From the sequence record PP892526.1: a DNA stretch of 64,000 nt. One strand, given 5' to 3'. The position numbers were made by a program, and so were the translations under genes. This document shows, piece after piece, positions 26,138 through 35,169 of the stretch (position 1 is the first letter of the stretch; every line of letters starts with the position of its first letter). A model generated the notes under the pieces. That model saw only the letters and a list, made by a program, of their open reading frames with translations. It was not told the origin of the DNA and did no database searches. The DNA comes from Escherichia phage vB_EcoM_I14.1.

Positions 26138-26334
26138 TTGACAATGTACTTGACAAGGTGTTAATCTTTGCGAAGTGGGTTTTTACTTAAAAGGTTACTT
26201 AACAGTTTAACTATACAGATACTTTAAAACTCTTAAAAGATTATTTAATAGCTTTTAAAAAGCTTTAAAGTATAACGTATAGAATACGTTAAGATAAAAG
26301 ATTAAAACTTAATAGTTACTTAAAAGAGGCTTAC
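26138..26334. promoter_or_regulatory. divergent regulatory region between DNA polymerase (leftward) and rightward cluster
   Basis: Two TTGACA hexamers 12 bp apart; AT-rich; dyad taacgtat-agaa-tacgtta near 26270-26300. Confidence 0.3.
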
Positions 26335-26757
26335 ATGCAGAAAATGTTTGTTCACCCAGACATAGCTAACTTTGTTAGGGCTTTGCAGAAGTTGGAAGAA
26401 CTTGACATTGCTGCTCAACGGGAATATGCTCACCATCACAGGAGAATGGTTGATATACAACATGAAATAGAGTTGTCTGAAAACTATGAAGATGACTTAA
26501 AATGCTCTGTATTTGAGCATATGAAAGATGTTGCTACAGCGAGACGTAAAGCTAAAGACACAGTTGCTTTACTAGATTCTCTTAAAAAGAGGTTGCAAAG
26601 TGGTACAGACCTGTGTAATCTAGCGTCACTGATTAACGATGTTGAAACTTCTTGGGATAGACATTACTATCCACGTTCTGAAAAGACACTTGACTTTTCT
26701 TCATCAGAAAACTTAAAATGTTCTAGAAAGAAACTTAACCAACTGAGAGAGAAATAA
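26335..26757 (+). CDS. hypothetical protein
   Basis: 140-aa ORF, first gene of rightward cluster. Confidence 0.35.
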   Translation: MQKMFVHPDIANFVRALQKLEELDIAAQREYAHHHRRMVDIQHEIELSENYEDDLKCSVFEHMKDVATARRKAKDTVALLDSLKKRLQSGTDLCNLASLINDVETSWDRHYYPRSEKTLDFSSSENLKCSRKKLNQLREK

Positions 26758-26758
26758 T

Positions 26759-27571
26759 ATGAATACTACTGTAGACCAGATGCTTGAAGAAAAAGGTATT
26801 GACGAAGCATTCTTAATCAATGCCGTAGAAAGCATGGCTATGATTCTTCGTGGAAACAACTACACAGAACAGTTTATGCCTGCAAGCTATAACTTGCCTA
26901 AAGACAAGTCTGATAACGGTGCTTTTGCAGAACAGGTTAATATGATGCTGTGTGACAAAACACTTGCTTTAGCATCTATCGTTGTAGGTGTTGATGCTCT
27001 TGCAGAGTTCATTTTTTATGAGATGCAGAAAAATGACTATATTGCCATGACCTCTGAAGAAAAAGACTCGCTACTGCTCTTAGGTAATAATGAGCTAGTT
27101 GACCTGTTAATTTCGTCAACGAGTGCTGTTATGGCTGCTCTTGAGAAGCGCATGGTAGAGAAGCTGTCACGATATGAAAAACTTGATTGGGGTGTAGAAG
27201 AGTTAAACCCACGAATCAAAGAGATTATCCAGCAAACTAAAGACTCTTTAGCAGAAGCTGTGAAAGATGATTCTGTAGCTGATGTAGAACCACTACAGGT
27301 GAAGGTCGCTCTGATGATTCCAGCTATCTCTACAATGATGAATATCGTTGCACTAATCCAACTTTCTCAGATGTTGGGTGTAACCATTGAGTTCGTTGAG
27401 GAGATGACTGGTGGTGTCAGTATGCAAGCAATCAATGATGTTTTGGTAAACATTGGTGCTTCAATCATTGAAGAGAAGCTACGTATTAACTTCGGTGATG
27501 ATTTTGTGAAACAAATCTCAGCTATGGCTGAAAAAGAGCAATCACAGATTACTAGTGACCAACTGCACTAA
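26759..27571 (+). CDS. hypothetical acidic protein
   Basis: 270-aa ORF, followed by hairpin terminator. Confidence 0.35.
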   Translation: MNTTVDQMLEEKGIDEAFLINAVESMAMILRGNNYTEQFMPASYNLPKDKSDNGAFAEQVNMMLCDKTLALASIVVGVDALAEFIFYEMQKNDYIAMTSEEKDSLLLLGNNELVDLLISSTSAVMAALEKRMVEKLSRYEKLDWGVEELNPRIKEIIQQTKDSLAEAVKDDSVADVEPLQVKVALMIPAISTMMNIVALIQLSQMLGVTIEFVEEMTGGVSMQAINDVLVNIGASIIEEKLRINFGDDFVKQISAMAEKEQSQITSDQLH

Positions 27572-27580
27572 GTCTTTATA

Positions 27581-27612
27581 AATCTTACAAGCCTCCTTAG
27601 TTGGGGGCTTTT
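27581..27612 (+). terminator. intrinsic terminator candidate
   Basis: aagcctcc-ttagtt-gggggctt followed by ttt. Confidence 0.4.
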
Positions 27613-27632
27613 TAGTAATTAAGGGAGACAAA

Positions 27633-28376
27633 ATGAGTAATATTATTGCATTTACTGGAAAGGCACGTTCTGGAAAAGACACCTCATGTTCGATTGTTAA
27701 GAATATCTTAGAAGATGAGTATGGCTACAATGTTGCAGTAATGGCATATGCAGACAACCTTAAGCTTTCTGCATCAAAGATATTTGACCTGACTTGGAAT
27801 GACCTATACGGTGAAACTAAAGAGACTCCACAGGTTTTTGATTTATCATACTCTGAACTGATGTTCAAAGTTACAGAAGCTATGGAGTTCACCTTCAGAG
27901 ATGAACGTTACCATATGGACTTTAAGCTTATGTCGGAGTTAACCGGACGATTAATCATGGAACTTAAGAAGGTCGCTAAACCGACTCTATTGACACGTCT
28001 GGGGTTTAGTAAAAAGTATAAATTCTCATCAAGGCAAATTCAACAGATTTGGGGCACTGAAGTTATCCGTAAAGTTATGGGTGACAAATTCTGGGCTAAA
28101 GACCTCGAAACACGGATGGTTCGCTTCTTTGAATCTTGTTCACTAAGGAATCAAGAGGGTGTTGTTTTAATCAGTGACTTAAGGTTTGACTCTGAAGCTG
28201 AGTGGCTGAGTAGATTTGCACACCAAACTATTGAAGTAAAAAGAGACAATGTGGATAAGGTTTCATCACATGTTTCAGAAAATGGGATTTCTACCAAATA
28301 TGCGCGTGACATTATCCATAATAATGGTACTCTTGAAGACCTTGAAAGCAAGCTAAGAGCTATCCTGAAAATTTAA
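27633..28376 (+). CDS. deoxynucleoside monophosphate kinase
   Basis: N-terminus IIAFTGKARSGKDT closely resembles T4 gp1 P-loop (FLSGVKRSGKDT); similar length and C-terminal NNGTLEDL. Confidence 0.65.
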   Translation: MSNIIAFTGKARSGKDTSCSIVKNILEDEYGYNVAVMAYADNLKLSASKIFDLTWNDLYGETKETPQVFDLSYSELMFKVTEAMEFTFRDERYHMDFKLMSELTGRLIMELKKVAKPTLLTRLGFSKKYKFSSRQIQQIWGTEVIRKVMGDKFWAKDLETRMVRFFESCSLRNQEGVVLISDLRFDSEAEWLSRFAHQTIEVKRDNVDKVSSHVSENGISTKYARDIIHNNGTLEDLESKLRAILKI

Positions 28377-28384
28377 AATGGAGA

Positions 28385-28585
28385 ATGAAGATGAGAGTAA
28401 AAGATAATTTCAAGGTTATTGACCATCGTTTAGTGGAACTCTCATCTCTTTCCAATGAGGTAATGATTGAACGTCTTAAGAGAGTTGAATCACGAAGGAA
28501 AGAGATTGCAGATGAAATTCATGAACTGGACAAGATTGAAAATGGATTGAAGGCAGAACTACAACGAAGAGGTGCTAATGTCTAA
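28385..28585 (+). CDS. hypothetical protein
   Basis: 66-aa charged ORF. Confidence 0.3.
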   Translation: MKMRVKDNFKVIDHRLVELSSLSNEVMIERLKRVESRRKEIADEIHELDKIENGLKAELQRRGANV

Positions 28586-30563
28586 AGGTCGTAAATTGAA
28601 AGAGGCTGGTCAGTTTATTGGTCATTGTGCATGTCCACGTTGTGGTTCATCCGATGCTGGTTCAATCTACCATCATGACGATGATTCTTATTCGATGACT
28701 TGCTTTAGCTGTAACAAAGGTTTCCCAGAGTGGGATTTTGATAAAGGACAAATCGTGAGCACTTATTCTACTGGTTCAGATAATAAAAACCGTACTTTCC
28801 GTGGAATGGATTTAGACGATGTAAAAGAAAACCTAGAAGCAATGGACTTGAAAGACAGGAAAATTCCTGCAAAAGTCCTTGAACGTTTAGGTATCAAGGT
28901 TGATATTGATAGTGACGGCGAAATTGATGCGCATTTCTATCCAACTTACAAACGTAATGAAGATGGCAAGCTAGAACATGTTGGTTATCGTGTTCGTCAC
29001 CGTTACCCAGAAGACCACCCAAAAGAACACCTACGTGGTAAGCTAAAAGACTTTTCAGGTGGTGTTGGAGATATTAAAGGCGAACTGGCAATGTTCGGTT
29101 CATGGATTGCTCCAGAAGGTGGGAACCGACTGTTCATCTGGGAAGGTGAGATGGAATGTGCGACAGCTATCTACATGACTTCTTTGGCGATTAAAGATAA
29201 GTCTCGTCGTAAGAATTACTGTCACGTATCTGTTCCATCAGGTGCAAACATTAAGTCTATTAAGGACAACTATCAGTACATCACATCATTTGATGAGATT
29301 TACTTGTGCTTTGATAATGATGAAGCAGGTGCTAAAGCTACCAAAGAGGCTGCTGGTATCCTACCTATTGAGAAGGTTCGTTTGTTCCAGTATCCAGAAG
29401 GTGTAAAAGACCTTAACGAATGGTGGACAAAGTTCTATAAAGAGAAAGACACAGTTCTGGAAGGATTTAAACAGCGTATCTACAACGCACCTCGTTACTG
29501 CCCTGCTGGTATCAAGAACTTCGCAGATGGTTTTGAGGCAATGAAGAATCGTGGTCAGATTCCATTGATTCCTTTCCCAGAATCTTTCGGGGATTTGAAT
29601 AGGTTGACTTATGGTGGTTACGGTTTAGGTGAGATTACAACTCTGGCAGCACCATCTTCAGTAGGTAAATCAGCATACACCCGTGAAATGATTTACACTG
29701 CTTGGAAGGAAACCGATTACAATATTGGTGTAATTCCAGTTGAAGATACCTATGAAGAGTTGATGGAGATGCTCTGTGCAATCCACCTGAGCAAGCAGAT
29801 TTCTGAGATTCCTTATGACGAACGTGATTGGGATGAATTAAAGGAAGCACACGCAGAACTATCTAAAGGTCGTCGTATCCACATCGTAGACCATCAAGGG
29901 GCAATTGACCAAGATAACCTGCTGGAATTTGTTGACTATCTTGTTAACAGTTTAGACTGTAAGATTATTATTCTTGACCCTATTACGTTGGCTCTGTCAC
30001 GTTCAGATACGGATGAAGAGGAAGTTTTGTCTGAACTATTGCGTCGTTGCAAACGCTACCAGTATGCACAGGTTAACGTCTGTCACGTTCGTAAGAGTGC
30101 AGGTGGTCAGAAAGCCAACTCTGAAGGTGGAGATATCTCTGAAGAGGATATTAAGGGTTCTGGTGCATACTTCCAGATTTCCATGAACAACATTCTGTTA
30201 ATGCGTAACAAGGTTGACCCAGACCCTGTTAAGAAAAACTTGACAAAAATCAAGTTAACTAAGTGTCGTCGTCATGGTAAGTCAACAGGTATTGCTGGTC
30301 ATACTTGGTACAATCCAGACACAGGACGTCTTATCAAAGCTTCTGGGTGTGGTGTTGACATTGATGGTGCAGCAGAAAATATTCGTCAACAGTTTGGTAT
30401 TGGTGAAGCTGAAGACCATTATGACGACTCTTTACCTCATTATGAAGATGAAGTGTTTGACCGTGAGACTGGTGAAGTCTATACTGAAGAACAGCGTCAA
30501 AGCTCAACGATTCCACCTGTATTAAGTGAGGATGCAGATGACTGTCCGTTTGAAACTGAGTGA
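28572..30563 (+). CDS. DNA primase-helicase (T7 gp4-like)
   Basis: N-terminal Cys4 zinc ribbon CPRCGS...CFSCNKG; Walker A LAAPSSVGKS; Walker B IIILDP. Confidence 0.8.
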   Translation: MLMSKGRKLKEAGQFIGHCACPRCGSSDAGSIYHHDDDSYSMTCFSCNKGFPEWDFDKGQIVSTYSTGSDNKNRTFRGMDLDDVKENLEAMDLKDRKIPAKVLERLGIKVDIDSDGEIDAHFYPTYKRNEDGKLEHVGYRVRHRYPEDHPKEHLRGKLKDFSGGVGDIKGELAMFGSWIAPEGGNRLFIWEGEMECATAIYMTSLAIKDKSRRKNYCHVSVPSGANIKSIKDNYQYITSFDEIYLCFDNDEAGAKATKEAAGILPIEKVRLFQYPEGVKDLNEWWTKFYKEKDTVLEGFKQRIYNAPRYCPAGIKNFADGFEAMKNRGQIPLIPFPESFGDLNRLTYGGYGLGEITTLAAPSSVGKSAYTREMIYTAWKETDYNIGVIPVEDTYEELMEMLCAIHLSKQISEIPYDERDWDELKEAHAELSKGRRIHIVDHQGAIDQDNLLEFVDYLVNSLDCKIIILDPITLALSRSDTDEEEVLSELLRRCKRYQYAQVNVCHVRKSAGGQKANSEGGDISEEDIKGSGAYFQISMNNILLMRNKVDPDPVKKNLTKIKLTKCRRHGKSTGIAGHTWYNPDTGRLIKASGCGVDIDGAAENIRQQFGIGEAEDHYDDSLPHYEDEVFDRETGEVYTEEQRQSSTIPPVLSEDADDCPFETE

Positions 30564-30819
30564 TAGTTATAAAAGAGAGGGGTTCATACCCTTCTTTGAA
30601 GAAAAAAGTTTAAATAAATTTCAGGAAGAGTGTTTGACAAAGATTGATAGGTTCTATAGAATGCTCTACATGAAATGTGATGGAGGCGTTGAGGTAGAAG
30701 AAAAGTTCCATCACAGTATGATAACAGTCACTATTACTATACCTCGACATAATATTGGTTGGTTGTTTATAATTAAAGAAAATGTGTTTGAATATCAAGT
30801 ATATCGGAGAATATCATGA
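30526..30819 (+). CDS. hypothetical protein (doubtful start)
   Basis: ORF overlaps primase 3' end. Confidence 0.2.
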   Translation: MRMQMTVRLKLSDSYKREGFIPFFEEKSLNKFQEECLTKIDRFYRMLYMKCDGGVEVEEKFHHSMITVTITIPRHNIGWLFIIKENVFEYQVYRRIS

Positions 30820-30965
30820 AACACTCTAAAGCATTTGAAAAAGTTTTTGGGGATTCCTTAAAAGCCACTGCTGGCAAACCAGCAAAATACTATGAAGAGA
30901 AGCGTGTAAGAACTGGAAAAACTGCACGTAAAGCAGCTTCTAAAGATAAGCACAACTTCCAGTAA
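30816..30965 (+). CDS. small basic protein (49 aa, below ORF-track cutoff)
   Basis: ATG at 30816 behind RBS ggaga; Lys/Arg-rich. Confidence 0.25.
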   Translation: MKHSKAFEKVFGDSLKATAGKPAKYYEEKRVRTGKTARKAASKDKHNFQ

Positions 30966-31037
30966 TTAATGTTTGACAATAGAGTATCAACAAATTAGAA
31001 TTGGTACTCTTCATAAATTGAGATAGAGGTTTAAATA

Positions 31038-31895
31038 ATGTCTAAAGTTGTTAAAATGAAAGCTCCGGTAGAGAAGTACAATGGTACTGAACGTCAAACT
31101 CTGCGTTACCTGCTGAAAGATGTCTGGTTTTATTACCTGAACACTTCACCACGTCCGGGAAAAGGTAAATCAATTGATAAGAAATTCCCAGGAAAAGACT
31201 GCAACTACAGTGTTTCAATTCTGGCAGAAGATGGTAACAAGCTGTTTAAAGAGTTCACTAAGTCTAAGAAAAACCCAGAAGGTTGGGATAAAGTTACTAC
31301 TGAAGCAGTTGATGCAGATGATTTCGAAGAGAAGTTTGGTTGCAAACCACCATTTGAAGCAGACACTTACTACATCTTGAAAGTAAGTCGTGCAGCAGCT
31401 TATAAGGATGGTGCTGTGTGGACAGCTAAACAGTCATTCCCTGTAATGCTGATTGAAGAAGTAAACGGTAAGCGTGTAGCTGTTAAGCAGCCGATGAAGA
31501 AAATCAAAGCTCAAGCATCTGATAAGCATGAAGATGACAAGAACTATGATGTAATTCATCCAGATATTGCAGTTGGTAACGGTTCTTTTGGTAGTGTGAT
31601 TCTTTCTACTCACTTCTACACCTTTGAGAACAATGTTCTGACAAAACCTATTCAGGAACAGTTTATCATTGATACTCTTGTGCCTTACACTGGTGGTAAC
31701 GGTGCTAATGGCGAACCTGAACTGGATGAAGACGAACTTGCTATGCTTGGTCTTGATGGTGTTGAAGATAACGGTGAAATCACTGAAGAAGATGCAAAAG
31801 ACCACAAACCTTCGAATGATTCTGATGATGGTGACGATGAAGACTTGCCAGACCCAGATGACGAAGAAGATGAAGACTTCGATACAGAAGACTAA
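31038..31895 (+). CDS. single-stranded DNA-binding protein candidate (acidic C-terminal tail)
   Basis: C-terminus DDGDDEDLPDPDDEEDEDFDTED resembles acidic tails of T7 gp2.5 / T4 gp32; location in replication cluster. Confidence 0.4.
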   Translation: MSKVVKMKAPVEKYNGTERQTLRYLLKDVWFYYLNTSPRPGKGKSIDKKFPGKDCNYSVSILAEDGNKLFKEFTKSKKNPEGWDKVTTEAVDADDFEEKFGCKPPFEADTYYILKVSRAAAYKDGAVWTAKQSFPVMLIEEVNGKRVAVKQPMKKIKAQASDKHEDDKNYDVIHPDIAVGNGSFGSVILSTHFYTFENNVLTKPIQEQFIIDTLVPYTGGNGANGEPELDEDELAMLGLDGVEDNGEITEEDAKDHKPSNDSDDGDDEDLPDPDDEEDEDFDTED

Positions 31896-31957
31896 TCTCT
31901 AAAAGTTACTTTAAAGCCCTGTACTTAGTATGGGGCTTTTTCATATGGAGAGTCACA

Positions 31958-32998
31958 ATGGAGAAGTATACGCTAACAAAACTTCCCGATTCAGTTACAC
32001 ATGTCTTTATCGACTCTGACAGTATTGCCTATAAAGGTGCTTGTGTAGTTGAGAAAGCAAAATATAAATATGTCAATAAACTCACAGCAGAAGAATCTGA
32101 ACCATTTGATAATGCAAAAGATGCAGCAAGATGGTTAGCAGACCAGAGAATCCTTGTAGAAGAGCTTGGCCTAGCATTTGATGAAGATGAATGGGAAAGA
32201 CAGACTTGGAAAGAAGCTAAGAGTGAAAAAGAAGCTATCATGGCTACTCAGCAGGTTCTTCAGGAATGGCTTAAGGTTGTTGGTAAAGAAAGAACTTGGG
32301 TAGGTTACTTAACAGAGAAGGGTGTACATAAACATAAAGACATTAAAGGTCTTGAGCACCAATATCAAGGTAACCGTAAAGAGGCTGTCACACCAACACA
32401 CTTAGTTGCTTGTCGTGAATATCTTTTATCCAGACCAGAGTTCAAACTCTTAAAGGGTGGCTTCGAAGCCGACTCAATCGTTATTGCTAAAGCTGAAAAG
32501 ATGGGTAAGAAAGCTGCTCTTATGAGTATTGACAAAGACCTTCGACAAGCTGAAGGGACTTATTGTATTGATATGACTTATGAAAAGTCACCACTAATTT
32601 TTATTGCTGATAATAATGTTGGTGATATCTGGGATTGCCCTATCAAATCAAAACCAAAAGCTGCAAAAACAGTTGGTGTAGGTTTTAAATTCTTGTGTTA
32701 TCAGGCTGTTGCTGGAGATAATGCAGACAACTACTTCGGCCTTAAAGGTGCTGGCAAAGTAGCTGTGATGAATGCTTTAGATGGTAAAGAGACCTATAAA
32801 GAGTGTCTTGACGCTATCTATGAACTCTATGCTAAAAAAGACTCTTATACCTATGTGTCATGGGATGGACAGACTGTCACAAAGACACCATTAGAGTTAA
32901 TGGAACAGCATTTCTGGATAGCATATCAAGAGAGAAATCCAAAAGATAATTTCTCTTTTAAGAAATATAATTGGGAGCCGTGTATGAATGAAGATTAA
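31958..32998 (+). CDS. 5'-3' exonuclease / flap endonuclease (RNase H-like)
   Basis: N-terminal acidic cluster VFIDSDSIAYKG; H3TH-like FGLKGAGKVAVMNAL. Confidence 0.45.
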   Translation: MEKYTLTKLPDSVTHVFIDSDSIAYKGACVVEKAKYKYVNKLTAEESEPFDNAKDAARWLADQRILVEELGLAFDEDEWERQTWKEAKSEKEAIMATQQVLQEWLKVVGKERTWVGYLTEKGVHKHKDIKGLEHQYQGNRKEAVTPTHLVACREYLLSRPEFKLLKGGFEADSIVIAKAEKMGKKAALMSIDKDLRQAEGTYCIDMTYEKSPLIFIADNNVGDIWDCPIKSKPKAAKTVGVGFKFLCYQAVAGDNADNYFGLKGAGKVAVMNALDGKETYKECLDAIYELYAKKDSYTYVSWDGQTVTKTPLELMEQHFWIAYQERNPKDNFSFKKYNWEPCMNED

Positions 32999-33485
32999 AG
33001 GATTTGGCAATTGTCCTACCTATGGTCATTGGGTATCTTTATGTGGGGAAGTTGACCCCACTAAACATTTTGGTTTTGTCTATTTAGTACACTGTAAGAA
33101 AACCGGACAATATTATATTGGAAAGAAACAGCTTAATAGCGTGACCAAAAGAAAAGTTGCTGGCAAGACTCGGAAGAAGGTAGTCACTAAGGAGAGTGAT
33201 TGGATGACTTACGAGACTTCTTCTGAGTATATTAAAAAAGATATTGAGAGCTTTGGAAAAGAATTTTTTGACTTTTACATTATCCAAACCTACTACACGA
33301 AAGGTGGCCTAGTTTATGGTGAAGCAAACCTCCAACATAAATTCGATGTAATGACAAAAAGGATTGACTCTAAGCTCAGACTCTTCTACAATGCCAATAT
33401 TGCAGCAATTAAGTTTATCACTAAAGAAACTTATGAAGATGCTGAAAAAAGAATCCATAAGGTAATGAAAGCAAATTGTGCTTGA
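32988..33485 (+). CDS. GIY-YIG-like endonuclease candidate
   Basis: FVYLVHCKKTGQYYIGKK resembles the GIY...YIG motif; weak. Confidence 0.3.
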   Translation: MKIKGFGNCPTYGHWVSLCGEVDPTKHFGFVYLVHCKKTGQYYIGKKQLNSVTKRKVAGKTRKKVVTKESDWMTYETSSEYIKKDIESFGKEFFDFYIIQTYYTKGGLVYGEANLQHKFDVMTKRIDSKLRLFYNANIAAIKFITKETYEDAEKRIHKVMKANCA

Positions 33486-33491
33486 TAACTA

Positions 33492-33737
33492 TTGAGAGAG
33501 AATAAAATGTTTAACAAAAGTAAAGCTGTGAGTCATGTAGCAAAGGTTGACAGCAAGATTGAAGAACTTGAGCGCATTCTTGCAAATGCCAGAGAGTCAA
33601 TAATTAAAGAAGTTGAAGCTGTTGAATCTCAAATGCAGCACCTAATGCTTAAACGTCAAGAGTTACGTGAGCATCTGGAATATATTGAAACACGAGAGCT
33701 AAAAGTTAACAGGTTTTTAAGGAGTCCAAATGTTTAA
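33492..33737 (+). CDS. hypothetical predicted coiled-coil protein
   Basis: 81-aa ORF. Confidence 0.3.
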   Translation: MRENKMFNKSKAVSHVAKVDSKIEELERILANARESIIKEVEAVESQMQHLMLKRQELREHLEYIETRELKVNRFLRSPNV

Positions 33738-34485
33738 CTCAAGAGAATCAGTAAAAAACTGGAATCTTCGTTGCGGAAACACACAAAAACAACCTTACAG
33801 TGATGAGTATTGGGAATCTTTGAAATCCCAGTCTCTGTGTATGCTTGAAGAAGCAAAAGAGCTTGTAAAAGCAATTGAAGAGAAAGACCCCATTGAGACA
33901 CTGGATGCTCAGGCAGATTTGCAATATGTTCTTGACGGTCTAATTTATCTGTCACAACATGACCACAATGGCGCTATGGAAGCTGTTTGCCATAATAATG
34001 ACCTGAAGTACACAGATGACTATGAAGAAGCTTTAAAACGTCTTGCAGATATTGAGAAGCGTACCGGTCAAGAGTGTATTATCAGAATGTCAGTGGTTGA
34101 TGGTAAAGAGTGGTATGCGATTGTCCGTGCAGCCGATGGGAAGATTATGAAGCAATCAAATCTCCCTAAAGTTCAACTTGGTGAATACATTGTAGAGCTT
34201 GAAAGCCAAGAACTTTTTGTGGTAGTATCTGAGACATGCGTTATCTGCAAAGGTATTGTAGGTAGCTTAAAGGATTTGGGTGTAGATGGTTTTGTAGAAG
34301 TTAATCCAATTACCTCTAAAGCAGACAAAGATTTCTGTAAAGAGAATGGACTATGGATTGCAGATATTGTCTACTACGATGGTGAGCAGTTCCATGTAAC
34401 CTCATACCCGAAACTGAATTATGATGCTAATAACCTGAAGTGCTGGTTGAAAGGGGTTGGTTATAATGGATTCACAGAACATTAA
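33730..34485 (+). CDS. MazG-like NTP pyrophosphohydrolase domain protein with C-terminal CxxC domain
   Basis: LEEAKELVKAIEE...DAQADLQYVLDGLIY resembles MazG/HisE helices; C-terminal CVICKG. Confidence 0.35.
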   Translation: MFNSRESVKNWNLRCGNTQKQPYSDEYWESLKSQSLCMLEEAKELVKAIEEKDPIETLDAQADLQYVLDGLIYLSQHDHNGAMEAVCHNNDLKYTDDYEEALKRLADIEKRTGQECIIRMSVVDGKEWYAIVRAADGKIMKQSNLPKVQLGEYIVELESQELFVVVSETCVICKGIVGSLKDLGVDGFVEVNPITSKADKDFCKENGLWIADIVYYDGEQFHVTSYPKLNYDANNLKCWLKGVGYNGFTEH

Positions 34486-34789
34486 TAAAGAAGGTGTGGC
34501 TCAGAAGAGCCACTTCTCAAACTACAATATCTCTATGACGGTGTTTATGAATGACCCGTTACTTGAGAAGTATGGTGAGACTCCAGATACACTTCTGGAC
34601 AATGAACAAGTTTTAAAAGCAGTCCTGTACAAATATGGGATTGATATTGAGAAAGAGTATTCCTTTGAAATCTGCCAACACAGAAATACTTTTGGTAAAG
34701 TTGTGATGGCTCCACTCTTCATGGGTGTAGAAAGAACCGACTATGGTTGGTTATATCTAAAAAGAAACTTGGAGAAGTACCGTGTCTAA
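34457..34789 (+). CDS. hypothetical protein
   Basis: 110-aa ORF. Confidence 0.3.
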   Translation: MVIMDSQNINKEGVAQKSHFSNYNISMTVFMNDPLLEKYGETPDTLLDNEQVLKAVLYKYGIDIEKEYSFEICQHRNTFGKVVMAPLFMGVERTDYGWLYLKRNLEKYRV

Positions 34790-35123
34790 AGCAAAAAAGT
34801 TATCTTATGATGACATTATCTCAGGTGCTAAGTTAGGTGTTGACAGTATCGGACAAGACGTTAAGCACGGAGACACAGTTATGTACTGTGATGACCGAAG
34901 AGGGAGAAGTGCAATCTTGTTTGGAAGAATTGTTTGCAAGATGCGAGGTAATTACGTTGTTGCAGACATGGATGTGAACGTTACACAAAAACTTGAAACA
35001 CTTATGGATGATAATACATCATCATCATGGTTCTTCCTGAATTGTATGCACACTTCTTCAGTCACAAAAGTAAGTGATAAGTTTTACGATATGTGGCAGA
35101 ATGAGCAAATTTTCAAGATTTAA
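34782..35123 (+). CDS. hypothetical protein
   Basis: 113-aa ORF followed by terminator. Confidence 0.3.
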   Translation: MSKAKKLSYDDIISGAKLGVDSIGQDVKHGDTVMYCDDRRGRSAILFGRIVCKMRGNYVVADMDVNVTQKLETLMDDNTSSSWFFLNCMHTSSVTKVSDKFYDMWQNEQIFKI

Positions 35124-35125
35124 AC

Positions 35126-35153
35126 TAGGGAGCCTCTTCGGAGGCTCTTTTCA
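35126..35153 (+). terminator. intrinsic terminator upstream of nrdA
   Basis: gggagcctc-ttcg-gaggctc followed by ttttcat. Confidence 0.55.
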
Positions 35154-35169
35154 TCTGTAGGATTTAAAA

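Noticed and set aside
30526-30819. 97-aa ORF overlapping the primase-helicase 3' end as a confident gene
   Set aside because: Overlaps the upstream gene by ~38 nt with no clear RBS at the listed start; retained only at low confidence.
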